Of a stretch of 64,000 nt of DNA, positions 39,146 through 48,505 are shown piece after piece. Position 1 is the stretch's first letter. Every line of letters begins with the position of its first letter. Both the position numbers and the translations under genes were made by a program. The DNA comes from Planctomycetota bacterium (GTDB lineage: Bacteria; Planctomycetota; B15-G4; JADJEK01): contig JBGAIQ010000005.1 in assembly GCA_044225365.1 (NCBI GenBank), positions 160,001 through 224,000 on the forward strand, given 5' to 3'. Below the pieces are notes generated by a model. It was not told where the DNA came from. It ran no database searches and worked only from the letters and a program-made list of their open reading frames with translations.

Positions 39146-39877
39146 TCAATGTGGCGGATCGTCCGCTCCGCCGTTTCGAGGCGCAGACGACGGCGCCTCC
39201 GCGTTCGCCTTCCTCGAGAATTGCGGGTCGAAGCTCCGAGCCGCCGCTACGAGGGCATCCCTCGACGGCCGGGCCGCGATCGCGGAGAACCGCTCGGCCG
39301 TCAGCGACCCGAAACGCAGTTCGATCGTCTCGTTCCCGAGCGTGAGGCGAGCGGCCTTCAAGCCAGCGAAGTCGACCTTGGCATCGATCACGACCCACGC
39401 CTCGAAACCGGACGATGACTCGAACCCGACGCCTCGGAATGCCGCGAGCGACTTACGCCGCAGCAGCGTGAGGGCGGGTGAATCGCCCGGAGGCAGCGTC
39501 AGATCGTGCGCGACGAACTCCTTCGCCGAACCGTCCGCGGCGCTCGCGACGATCGCGAGTGCGAGTTGCGTGAGAGGAAGGGAGCCGGTCGAGCGGTCGA
39601 TTCGATAGACGCGCAATGAGAAGAACGATTCGTTGTCCGGTAGCTTGCCATCGGCGCGACCGAACAGACAAGCGCGCACCTTCTCGTCCTGCCAGTGCGG
39701 CGACTGCGACGAACCGGCAAGCGGCGACAGGATCGCGGCGAAGCGGTCGCTCGCGCCGATCCACGCGGTGACGGCCGGCTCCAGTGCGGGCTTGGAGACG
39801 GGCTCCTTGCGATGCTCGGAGCGATCGCAGCCCAGGAGCAACGCGGCGAAGCAGGGAAGGAGGATCCAGGCGCGCAT
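39146..39877 (-). CDS. Hypothetical lipoprotein
   Basis: MRAWILLPCFAALLLGC lipobox. ATG overlaps the upstream TGA. Confidence 0.72.
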   Translation of the reverse strand: MRAWILLPCFAALLLGCDRSEHRKEPVSKPALEPAVTAWIGASDRFAAILSPLAGSSQSPHWQDEKVRACLFGRADGKLPDNESFFSLRVYRIDRSTGSLPLTQLALAIVASAADGSAKEFVAHDLTLPPGDSPALTLLRRKSLAAFRGVGFESSSGFEAWVVIDAKVDFAGLKAARLTLGNETIELRFGSLTAERFSAIAARPSRDALVAAARSFDPQFSRKANAEAPSSAPRNGGADDPPH

Positions 39878-40656
39878 CACCAGTTCTTGTTCCGATTCTC
39901 GTTGAACCACTTCTCCCACTCGGGCTCGGTCTGGAAGCGCTGCAGGGTCATCATCTCGAGCGAGGTGTTCATCGGCACTTCGATCGCGAGCAACCGCTTG
40001 TGCATCACTTCGTCCTTGCCCTTCGCCGCGTCCTCGGCGGTCTGCGTGCGCGCGTACTCGCGAACGAGCGCTTCCGCGATCCGCTTGCGCACCTTGGCGT
40101 CGCACTCGCGATATTCGCCGAGCGCGCCGATCGCGGCGACCACGATGTCGACCTCCGACTTCTGCAGCAGCTTGATGAAGAACTCGATCTGCTTCTCGTC
40201 CCTGTGCTTCCCGAGCGCGGAGACGAGGAACGCCTGCACCTCGAGTCGCTTCTCGAGATGCTTCAGCGGCATCGACTTCAGGATCACCGCCTCGGCATCG
40301 GGCCCCATGTCGGACAATGCGCCGGCGGCGACGATGTAGGTCTTGTTCTTGTCGTCGGGAGTGCGATTGGCGAGGACCTTCCCCATCACCGCCACGATCA
40401 ACTTCTGCTTCTCCGGCGCATAGCCCTTGAATCCGGAGAGCAGTTGATCGGTCGCGGTGCGGATGCGCTCCTCGGCGCCCTCCCGTTTCTCGGCGTTGGT
40501 GGAGCGGGCGTCCTTTAGAGCATCATCGATCTGCGCGACGAGCGCATCCTCGGGACCCTCCTTCGCGGGCGCCTGGCGGGCGGACGCGAGCGGCGAGAGG
40601 AGGAGCGACGCAACGGTCATGAGAACGGCGACGGTTCCATGCAGGATCGACGACAT
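39877..40656 (-). CDS. Exported HEAT-repeat protein
   Basis: Signal peptide ending LASA, then helical repeats AAGALSDMG, VSALGKHRD, AAIGALGEY, and C-terminal WEKWFNEN. Confidence 0.78.
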   Translation of the reverse strand: MSSILHGTVAVLMTVASLLLSPLASARQAPAKEGPEDALVAQIDDALKDARSTNAEKREGAEERIRTATDQLLSGFKGYAPEKQKLIVAVMGKVLANRTPDDKNKTYIVAAGALSDMGPDAEAVILKSMPLKHLEKRLEVQAFLVSALGKHRDEKQIEFFIKLLQKSEVDIVVAAIGALGEYRECDAKVRKRIAEALVREYARTQTAEDAAKGKDEVMHKRLLAIEVPMNTSLEMMTLQRFQTEPEWEKWFNENRNKNW

Positions 40657-40712
40657 CGAACTTGAACCTCGAAGCAGGGAGCGATGGATCATTCGGCGCG
40701 ATTCGCGGCCGG

Positions 40713-42146
40713 TCAGGCGCCGTCGATTGTAAGCACGGAAAGCTCCTGACCGAGCGCCCGAGCGAGAGCTTTGCCCTTGAGAAGTGTTTCCTCGTACTCC
40801 GCGGCGGGCCGTGAATCGATGACGATGCCGCCCCCGACGTGGAAATGGACTCGACCGTCCTCGATCACGAGCGTGCGAATCGCGATCGAGATCTCCATCG
40901 AACCATCGAATCCGATGAAGCCGATCGCGCCGGTGAACACGCCGCGGCGCACGCCTTCCAATTCCTCGATGATCTCCATCGCGCGGATCTTCGGCACTCC
41001 TGTGATCGATCCGCCGGGGAACGTGGCCCGCAGCAGGGATTCGGCAGTGCACGCGGATTGGAGTTCACCTTGGACGATCGCCGTGCGATGCACCACAGTG
41101 GCGTAGCGCTCGATCCGACCGGGATCGACGACGCGGACGCTGCCGACCGCCGCGACCTTCGAGAGATCGTTGCGTTCGAGATCGACCACCATCGCGAGTT
41201 CCGCGGCTTCCTTCTCGTTCGACGCGAGCTCGTGTTCGAGGGACGCGTCGAGTTCGACGTCGCCGGTTCGCTTCCGCGTGCCCTTGATCGGGCGCGTCTC
41301 CACCTCGTGCCCGCGCAGCGACAGGAACGACTCCGGCGAGGACGAGAGAACGGCGAGCGCTCCGCAGTCGATGAAGGCCGAGAACGGTGCGGGATTGATG
41401 CTTCGCAAGCGCTCGTAGACGGCCGCGGGCGAACCCTGGAACACTGCCTCGAAGCGCTGCGCCAGGTTCAATTGGTAGACGTCGCCCTCGCGGATGTACT
41501 CGAGCACCCGCTCCACCGTGGCTTCGTACGCGGCGCGATCGAAGTTCGAAACGAGCTCGCCCGCCGTGAATCCCGGGAGGGGCGGCGGCGCGAGGTCGAG
41601 CGCGGCGGCGACCGAATCGAAGAACTCCTTCGACGAGTCACCGCCGCGGTCGTCCGCATCCTGGCAAACGAACGCGACCATCTCCCCGGTCTTCAGATCG
41701 ATCTCGACGCCGCGGTCGAAGATCGCGAACCACAGATCGGGCGCCGCGGAGCGCCGCTCCGCGGTGGCAGGGAGCGACTCGAGGGTCCGGCCGAGGTCGT
41801 AGGCGAGGAAACCCGCTGCGCCTCCGCGAAATCGCGGCGCCGGCGCCTCGCGATGCTGCGTCGCGATCGGAAGCGAACCGAACGCTCGCAGTCTCTCGAA
41901 CAAGCTCGCGAGCGGATCCCCCTTCGGCGCGCCGCGCTCGATGCCTCCAAGGGCGGGATCGAAGCCCTCGGCGAAGGACACGATCTCGACAGGATCGAAC
42001 AGCACGTAGGCGTAACGCGCGAGTTCGCTGGCGACGAACGCACCATCGAGCAGGACCGACGGACGCGAACCATGCAGTCGCCGCCACGCGTCGAACGGGT
42101 CGAGGCGATGGTCGAGCGTACGTTCGTGGACGACGAGATCGGACAT
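40713..42146 (-). CDS. pabB: Aminodeoxychorismate synthase component I
   Basis: GDVYQLNLAQRF, NPAPFSA, SSSPESFL, TRPIKGTR, MVVDLERNDL, FPGGSITGVPKIRAMEII. Confidence 0.9.
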   Translation of the reverse strand: MSDLVVHERTLDHRLDPFDAWRRLHGSRPSVLLDGAFVASELARYAYVLFDPVEIVSFAEGFDPALGGIERGAPKGDPLASLFERLRAFGSLPIATQHREAPAPRFRGGAAGFLAYDLGRTLESLPATAERRSAAPDLWFAIFDRGVEIDLKTGEMVAFVCQDADDRGGDSSKEFFDSVAAALDLAPPPLPGFTAGELVSNFDRAAYEATVERVLEYIREGDVYQLNLAQRFEAVFQGSPAAVYERLRSINPAPFSAFIDCGALAVLSSSPESFLSLRGHEVETRPIKGTRKRTGDVELDASLEHELASNEKEAAELAMVVDLERNDLSKVAAVGSVRVVDPGRIERYATVVHRTAIVQGELQSACTAESLLRATFPGGSITGVPKIRAMEIIEELEGVRRGVFTGAIGFIGFDGSMEISIAIRTLVIEDGRVHFHVGGGIVIDSRPAAEYEETLLKGKALARALGQELSVLTIDGA

Positions 42147-42268
42147 GGAGTGGAGAATAGCGCGTGGCGCCGCGGAATCGTGCGGCACGTCGACGAGAGA
42201 AGAAGCGGATACGAGGCGTATCCCTCTTCCCCGTCGGGATCCTATCATCGCGCATTGGAGGGCCTGGC

Positions 42269-43252
42269 ATGACTGCGGCGGTGGACGACTCGCGAGATCC
42301 GTTTCTCGCGCTCGATCGATTCGTGGAGCATCTGCGCTCGGTGCGCCGCTGCTCTCCCCACACGCTTCGCGCCTACGGCAACGACGTCGCCCGGTTCCTC
42401 GAGTTCGCGGCGAGTGAGGGCGCGCGGACGCTCGACGCCCTCGACGATCTGCTGGTCCGCGAATACGTGGTGCGCTTCAAGGACGCGGAGTGCGAGGACC
42501 CCGGCGGGCGCAGCCGCGGCGTGCGCAAGAAGACGTCCGTCGCCCGCATGATCGCGAGCCTGCGAGCGTACTTCCGCCACCTCGTTCGCAACGGAATCCT
42601 CGAACAGAATCCCGCCGCCCTCGTGCGCACGCCGAAGAAGGACCAACGGCTCCCGAAGTGTCTCTCGGAGGACGAGGTGGGCCGTCTGCTCTCGTCGGTC
42701 CGCGGCGGCGAGTTCGCCGCTTTGCGCGACAAAGCGATCCTCGAGGTACTCTATTCCACCGGCTGCCGCGTCGCCGAGTGCGTGGGGATGGACGTCGACG
42801 ATCTCGACCTCGAGCGCGGCGCCGTGATCGTTCGCGGCAAGCGCAAGAAGGAACGCCTCTGCGCCCTCGGCGGCCCCAGCCGGAAGGCGATCGCCGCCTA
42901 CCTCGACGCGCGGGCGCGCGAGCTGCTAGAGCACGGTCGCGACGAATCCGCGCTCTTCCTGAACGATCGGCCGGGTGAAGGAAGACTCGAGCGGCTCACC
43001 GACCGCAGCGTGCGGCGCCTCTTGAAGCACTACCTCGCGCTCGCGGATCTGCCGGCCGGTCCCTCACCTCACACCCTGCGCCATTCGTTCGCCACACACC
43101 TGCTGCAGCGCGGTGCGAATCTGCGGCTCGTGCAGGAGATGCTCGGACACGAGCAGGCGACGACGACGCAGATCTACACCCACCTCGACCCCGACAAGCT
43201 GCGGGCGAGCTACGAGAAGGCGCATCCGAGAGCGCGGCGACCGGAGCGATAG
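42269..43252 (+). CDS. xerC: Tyrosine recombinase XerC
   Basis: SPHTLRAY, LYSTGCRVAE, RGKRKKER, SPHTLRHSFATHLL, VQEMLGH, TTQIYTH. GGAGG RBS. XerC versus XerD cannot be resolved with certainty. Confidence 0.85.
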   Translation: MTAAVDDSRDPFLALDRFVEHLRSVRRCSPHTLRAYGNDVARFLEFAASEGARTLDALDDLLVREYVVRFKDAECEDPGGRSRGVRKKTSVARMIASLRAYFRHLVRNGILEQNPAALVRTPKKDQRLPKCLSEDEVGRLLSSVRGGEFAALRDKAILEVLYSTGCRVAECVGMDVDDLDLERGAVIVRGKRKKERLCALGGPSRKAIAAYLDARARELLEHGRDESALFLNDRPGEGRLERLTDRSVRRLLKHYLALADLPAGPSPHTLRHSFATHLLQRGANLRLVQEMLGHEQATTTQIYTHLDPDKLRASYEKAHPRARRPER

Positions 43253-43269
43253 TCTCGACCGCGATCGCG

Positions 43270-43974
43270 TCAGGTCGAAACGGCAGGGGCGCGCGATCCC
43301 CACTTGATCGCGAGTCCCTTCGCGCCACCGGGCAGGATCGACGAACACACCGCGCAGACGGGCCAGGCGATCAGGACGCTGCCGACGAGGTCGTCGGTGA
43401 GCCAGTGCGCGCCGCCGAAGACGCGCGGCGTACTGAGGAGGATCGCGAGGGGCGCGAACCACAGCACGCGGCGGCCGAAGGCGAAGAGGCCCATGAAGAG
43501 GAGCGTGAAGAACACGGTGCCGTGGTTCGAGGGGAAGCAGTGATGTGAAGAGGTCTTGATGTCGATGCCGTAGATCGCGTTCAGATCGTGGTGCTTCGAT
43601 TTCAGCAGGACGGCCGGGCTCTCCCGCACGACGTGATTCTCGAGCACGTCGGAGACTCGATTGCAGGCGAGCCAGACGGCGAAGATCATGACCGCGAAGA
43701 TCGCGATCGCGCGCCACTCGAGGTGCTCGATCCGGCGCGTGTACCACGCGTAGAGCACGAACGAGAACAGCACGCACGCGCCCTCGCCCGGCTTCGTGTT
43801 CAGGAAGATCAGCGCGCGATCGAACAGCTCGGAGCGTCCGACGAAGCTGTTCATCCAGGTCGCGAACGGTAGTTCGAGCTGATTCAGTACGTCGATGCCC
43901 GGGCTCTTCCAGAGCACGATCAGGATGACCCAGAGGATCGTGGCGAGTCCGGCGTGGAGCAGTGCGCGAGTCAT
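43270..43974 (-). CDS. PAP2-family membrane phosphatase/phosphotransferase, LpxT-like
   Basis: VVRESPA, IKTSSHHCFPSNHG, PRVFGGAHWLTDDLVGS parallel the LpxT motifs R.SP, K..S..SFP.DHG, PRV..GAHW.TD..VGS. Confidence 0.75.
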   Translation of the reverse strand: MTRALLHAGLATILWVILIVLWKSPGIDVLNQLELPFATWMNSFVGRSELFDRALIFLNTKPGEGACVLFSFVLYAWYTRRIEHLEWRAIAIFAVMIFAVWLACNRVSDVLENHVVRESPAVLLKSKHHDLNAIYGIDIKTSSHHCFPSNHGTVFFTLLFMGLFAFGRRVLWFAPLAILLSTPRVFGGAHWLTDDLVGSVLIAWPVCAVCSSILPGGAKGLAIKWGSRAPAVST

Positions 43975-44029
43975 TCTCGATCCCGCTCCCCGATGTGGAT
44001 GGAGCAACGCACCTCCGACGATCGATCCT

Positions 44030-45019
44030 TCATGCTTCGCTCCTCGCGACGTGCGCGATCCGTTCGGGCTCGACATTGCCGCCGGACAACACCAGGACGG
44101 CCGTTCGTCCTTCGAGACGTAGCGACTTCGAGAGCAGCAGCGCGACGCCGACGGCGCCCGAAGGTTCGACGACGAGCTTGCAGCGCAGCAGCAGGAAGCG
44201 CATCGCTTCCTCGATCGCAGCATCCTCCACGGTCCACATCCGCGCGACGAACTCGCCAGCGAGACGATGCGGGAGCACCCCCGCCTGGACCGGAAGGAGG
44301 CCGTCGGCGATCGATCGCGGAGGCGCGATCTCGACGGGCTTGCCCGCCTGCAATGCGGCTGCCATCGCATTGCCCGTGGTCGGTTCGACGCCATGCACCT
44401 CCGCGGCGGGCAGGCACGACCGCACGGCGAGACTCGTGCCCGCGAGCAGGCCGCCCCCGCCCGTCGGGACGAGGACCAGGCTCGCGTCGGGGCAGTCTTG
44501 CGCGATCTCGAGTCCGACCGTTGCCTGACCTTCGATGATCCTCGGGTCGTCGAAGGGCGGCACCATGACGAGGCCTTCCCCGCGGACCGCTTCCTCCGCC
44601 GCGAGCTTGCGCTCCTTCGACGTGGTCCCGGCGAATCGCACCTCGGCGCCGTACGCCCGCGCCGCGTCGATCTTGGGTTTCGCCGCGTTCGTCGGCATGC
44701 ACACGACGGCGCGAATCCGAGCGATCCTCGCCGCGAGGGCGAGCGCCTGGCCGTGATTGCCCGAGGAGTAGGTGACGACGCCGCGCGAGCGATCGGCCGC
44801 CGGCAAGGAGAGCACGGCGTTCAGCGCGCCGCGGATCTTGAAGGACCCGGCACGCTGCAAGTTCTCGCACTTCAGGAAGACCTGGCCGCCCGCGATCTCA
44901 CCGAGTTGGCGGCTCGACAGGAGCGGCGTCCGATGGATGTACGACGACAATCGCGTCGCCGCGGACGCGACGTCGATCGAAGCGCCGTCCGAAAGGGGGT
45001 AGGCCGCGGGGGGTCGCAT
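44030..45019 (-). CDS. PLP-dependent threonine/serine dehydratase family protein
   Basis: LKCENLQRAGSFKIRGA, YSSGNHGQA, GQATVGLE, PTGGGGLLAG, VEPSGA, LSGGNV. No ACT domain. Confidence 0.92.
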   Translation of the reverse strand: MRPPAAYPLSDGASIDVASAATRLSSYIHRTPLLSSRQLGEIAGGQVFLKCENLQRAGSFKIRGALNAVLSLPAADRSRGVVTYSSGNHGQALALAARIARIRAVVCMPTNAAKPKIDAARAYGAEVRFAGTTSKERKLAAEEAVRGEGLVMVPPFDDPRIIEGQATVGLEIAQDCPDASLVLVPTGGGGLLAGTSLAVRSCLPAAEVHGVEPTTGNAMAAALQAGKPVEIAPPRSIADGLLPVQAGVLPHRLAGEFVARMWTVEDAAIEEAMRFLLLRCKLVVEPSGAVGVALLLSKSLRLEGRTAVLVLSGGNVEPERIAHVARSEA

Positions 45020-45119
45020 GCGGCGGGAGCATAACGAATGGCTAATTCTTCGCGAGCCCTTTGCGCAGCTCTTATTCTCTTCCCGCCTTCGAGTGAATCC
45101 GTGAGAGGTCGCTTCGTCG

Positions 45120-45971
45120 ATGACGCTGGTCGGCGCCCTGCAGATCCTGGTGATGAGCGCGTTCGTCGTGATCTGCATCCGGCTCGAGACCGGATCGGGA
45201 GCGACGCGCAAGTTCGCGCGCTTCTGGCTCGACGCCACGCGTCGCGGCACGCTCCGCAATTGCCTGCTCGCCTACTTCGCCGTGTTCGGCATCGACGCCC
45301 TCGAGACCACGAACGACGCGCGCATCACGGCCGCTCTCGGTCTCGATTTCACGCCCCTCATCCAATCGATCGAGGGCGGATTCGTCGCCGCGATGCAACG
45401 CCTCCTCGGCGTACCGCTGCTCTCGCCCGTCTTCGCGTTCGCCTACGTCGTCGGATTCATCGGACTCCTGATGGGACTCGCGCTCGCGTACGATCGCGCG
45501 AACGACCCGCGCCGTCTCGTGCTCGTCACCTGGGCGTATGCCGCGAACTTCCTCGCCGTGCTCCCGTTCTACGTGTTCTTCCCCGTCTCCGAGCCCTGGT
45601 CGTTCGAAGGATCGGGAGTCCTTCCCCTCACCGACCGCCATCTCGGACCGTGGGTGATGGAATTGATCCGACCGATGAGCGGGATCAACAATTGCTTCCC
45701 GTCCTACCACGTCTCCCTCACGGTCTCGCTCATGCTCATCGCGCTCGACGGGCGGCGGACGGCGCTCACCTGGTTCGCGCAAGCGTGCGGGTGGATCGTG
45801 ATCGTCTCCACGATGGTGCTGGGATTCCACTGGCTCCTCGATGTGATCGTTGGCGGCGCGTTCGGCGTCGGCGTCTTCGCGCTCGGAAGGAGTCTGTTCG
45901 AGCGTCGCTTCCCACGTCTCTCCGCAGCGACCCCGATCGACTCGGGCGCAACGATTCCGAGCAAGCCGTAA
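45120..45971 (+). CDS. PAP2 superfamily (Aur1/IPC-synthase-like) membrane protein
   Basis: Multiple TMs. PFYVFFPVSEPW, NNCFPSYHVS, TMVLGFHWLLDVIVG. Confidence 0.78.
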   Translation: MTLVGALQILVMSAFVVICIRLETGSGATRKFARFWLDATRRGTLRNCLLAYFAVFGIDALETTNDARITAALGLDFTPLIQSIEGGFVAAMQRLLGVPLLSPVFAFAYVVGFIGLLMGLALAYDRANDPRRLVLVTWAYAANFLAVLPFYVFFPVSEPWSFEGSGVLPLTDRHLGPWVMELIRPMSGINNCFPSYHVSLTVSLMLIALDGRRTALTWFAQACGWIVIVSTMVLGFHWLLDVIVGGAFGVGVFALGRSLFERRFPRLSAATPIDSGATIPSKP

Positions 45972-46017
45972 ATTCCTTGCCGCCGCTCGGTCGAAACTTG
46001 GTACCGGTATCGCCCCT

Positions 46018-48456
46018 TTGTCGACCACACCCTTGCTCACCCGCGACGAACTCAAGCAATCGATCCTGCGCTACACGCGCTACTCACTCGGAGTCGAGCT
46101 CAATTCGCTCACTCCGCGCGAGCAGTTCATCGCTCTGTCCCTCGCGATCCGCGAACAGGTGATCGACCGTCTCCTCGAGACGCGCAAGCGTCATCGCGAG
46201 GGCGGGCGCAAGCACGTCTACTACTTCTCGATGGAGTTCCTCGCGGGCCGGGTGCTCACGGCGAACCTGCTGAACCTCGGCTTGCTCGACGTCTGCCGCG
46301 ACAGCCTGACCGAGCTGGGCATGGAGCTCGAGGCGCTGACCGACATCGAGCCCGACCCCGCCCTCGGCAATGGCGGACTCGGTCGCCTCGCGGCGTGCCT
46401 CCTCGAATCGATGGCCTCGCTCGACGTCCCGGGGTACGGCTACGGCATCAACTTCGAGTTCGGTCTGTTCCGACAGCGTTTCCGCGACGGGTATCAGGTG
46501 GAGCAGCCCGACGTCTGGCGCGCGACGGGCACGCCGTGGCTCATCATCCGCCCCGAGAAGGCGCGGACGGTAGAGCTCTACGGCCGGCTCGAGAACGTGA
46601 ACGGCAGCGGCAAGCAGCGCTGGGTCGACACGAAGACCGTGGTCGGCGTGCCCGCGGACCTGCCGATCGTCGGCTACTCGGGACGCACCGTCAACTTCAT
46701 CCGCTTGTACTCGGCGCGGTCCCCCGCCGAGATCAACATCGAGCAGTTCAACAAGGGCGAGTACCTCGCCGCGCTGAAGTCGAACATCCTCTCCGAGCGC
46801 ATCTCGAAGGTGCTGTACCCCGCGGACGACGTGCCCGCCGGACGCGAACTGCGCCTCATCCAGGAGTACTTCCTCGTGGCGTGCGCGCTGCGCGATGTCA
46901 TCGAACGCCACGCGCGGAGCACGGCCGATCTGCGGCTCCTGCCGACCAAGATCGCGATCCAATTGAACGACACGCATCCGGCGCTCGCGATCGCCGAGTT
47001 CGTGCGACTGCTCACCGACGAGCACGGCCTCACGGTCCTCGAGGCCTTCGCGCTCGGACGCAAGGTCTTCTCCTACACGAATCACACGTTGCTGCCGGAG
47101 GCGCAGGAGACGTGGCCCGTCTCGCTGCTCGAGTCCGTCCTGCCGCGACACATGCAGATCATCTACGAGATCAACTCGGCGTTCCTCGAAGAAGTGGAGC
47201 GCACCTGGCCGGGGAACTACGAGAAGCGGCGCCAGCTCTCGCTCATCGAGGAGAACGGCGACAAGCGCGTACGGATGATGCACCTCGCGATCGTCGGTTC
47301 GCACAGCGTCAACGGCGTATCGCGATTGCACGGCAGCCTGCTGAAGCGACGCCTCGTTCCCGACTTCGCAGCGATGTGGCCCGGCAAGTTCCACAGCATC
47401 ACGAACGGCGTCACGCAGCGGCGCTGGTTGCTCGCGGCGAATCCCGAACTCTCGAGGCTCGTCTCGAACCGGATCGGGGAGCGCTGGCTCGTCGCCGCGG
47501 AGCATCTGAAGGAATTGGAACCGCACGTCGACGATCCCGAGCTGCACGCCGCGTTCAACGCACAGCGGCTCTCGCACAAGGAGCGCCTCGCCGACCTCAT
47601 CGCGAATCTCTCCGGCCACGCCGTGGATCCGCGATCGCTCTTCGACGTGCACGTGAAGCGCATGCATGAGTACAAGCGCCAGCACCTGAACGTGCTGCGC
47701 ATCGTCCACGACTGGCTCACGCTCGTCGACGACCGCAAGGTGCCGAGCAGCCCGCGGACATACGTCTTCGGCGGCAAGTCGGCGCCCGGCTACTTCATCG
47801 CGAAGCTCGTCATCAAGCTCATCAACGAGGTCGCACGCGTCGTGAACACCGATCCGCGCACGGGCGATCACCTGCGCGTCGCATTCCTGCCCGACTATCG
47901 CGTCACGCTTGCCGAGCGGATCATCCCGGCGGCGGATCTCTCCGAGCAGATCTCGACGGCGGGCATGGAGGCCTCGGGCACGGGCAACATGAAGTTCATG
48001 ATGAACGGCGCGCTCACGGTCGGCACCTACGACGGCGCGAACATCGAGATGCTCGAAGCGGTCGGCGAGGAGAACTTCTATCGCTTCGGGCTGATGGACG
48101 ACGCGATCACGGCGATGCGTCGCGACGGCACCTACTCACCGCGCGACATCGTCGAACACGACCCGCGCGTGAAGCGCGTGATCGATGCGATCCGCGACGA
48201 TCGCTTTAGCGCGAACGAGAAGGGCCTCTTCGCTCCGTTGCTCGACAACCTGCTCGATCACGATCCGTTCTTCGTGCTCGCCGATCTTCCGGCCTATCTC
48301 GACGTCCAGCAGCGGATCGGCGAGGACTTCCAGGACGTCCGCTCGTGGACGCGGCGAAGTCTCCTGAACGTCGCGCGCAGCGGCTACTTCTCGAGCGATC
48401 GCACGGTGCGCGAATACAGCGCGGCGATCTGGGACGTCGCGCCCAAGACCACCTGA
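46018..48456 (+). CDS. glgP: Glycogen/alpha-glucan phosphorylase
   Basis: LGNGGLGRLAAC, QLNDTHP, YTNHTLLPEA, NGVTQRRW, KRMHEYKRQ, EASGTGNMKFMMNG, FSSDRTV. Start (TTG) uncertain. Confidence 0.96.
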   Translation: MSTTPLLTRDELKQSILRYTRYSLGVELNSLTPREQFIALSLAIREQVIDRLLETRKRHREGGRKHVYYFSMEFLAGRVLTANLLNLGLLDVCRDSLTELGMELEALTDIEPDPALGNGGLGRLAACLLESMASLDVPGYGYGINFEFGLFRQRFRDGYQVEQPDVWRATGTPWLIIRPEKARTVELYGRLENVNGSGKQRWVDTKTVVGVPADLPIVGYSGRTVNFIRLYSARSPAEINIEQFNKGEYLAALKSNILSERISKVLYPADDVPAGRELRLIQEYFLVACALRDVIERHARSTADLRLLPTKIAIQLNDTHPALAIAEFVRLLTDEHGLTVLEAFALGRKVFSYTNHTLLPEAQETWPVSLLESVLPRHMQIIYEINSAFLEEVERTWPGNYEKRRQLSLIEENGDKRVRMMHLAIVGSHSVNGVSRLHGSLLKRRLVPDFAAMWPGKFHSITNGVTQRRWLLAANPELSRLVSNRIGERWLVAAEHLKELEPHVDDPELHAAFNAQRLSHKERLADLIANLSGHAVDPRSLFDVHVKRMHEYKRQHLNVLRIVHDWLTLVDDRKVPSSPRTYVFGGKSAPGYFIAKLVIKLINEVARVVNTDPRTGDHLRVAFLPDYRVTLAERIIPAADLSEQISTAGMEASGTGNMKFMMNGALTVGTYDGANIEMLEAVGEENFYRFGLMDDAITAMRRDGTYSPRDIVEHDPRVKRVIDAIRDDRFSANEKGLFAPLLDNLLDHDPFFVLADLPAYLDVQQRIGEDFQDVRSWTRRSLLNVARSGYFSSDRTVREYSAAIWDVAPKTT

Positions 48457-48505
48457 TCACGCAGAGCGCACGGCGAGCGGGCGTCCTCTCCCGTCCAGCG
48501 ATGTT

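Noticed and set aside
42269-43252. Tyrosine recombinase as a prophage, integron or island integrase
   Set aside because: Typical chromosomal XerC/D motifs, housekeeping neighbours, and no att repeats, attC cassettes, tRNA or phage genes.
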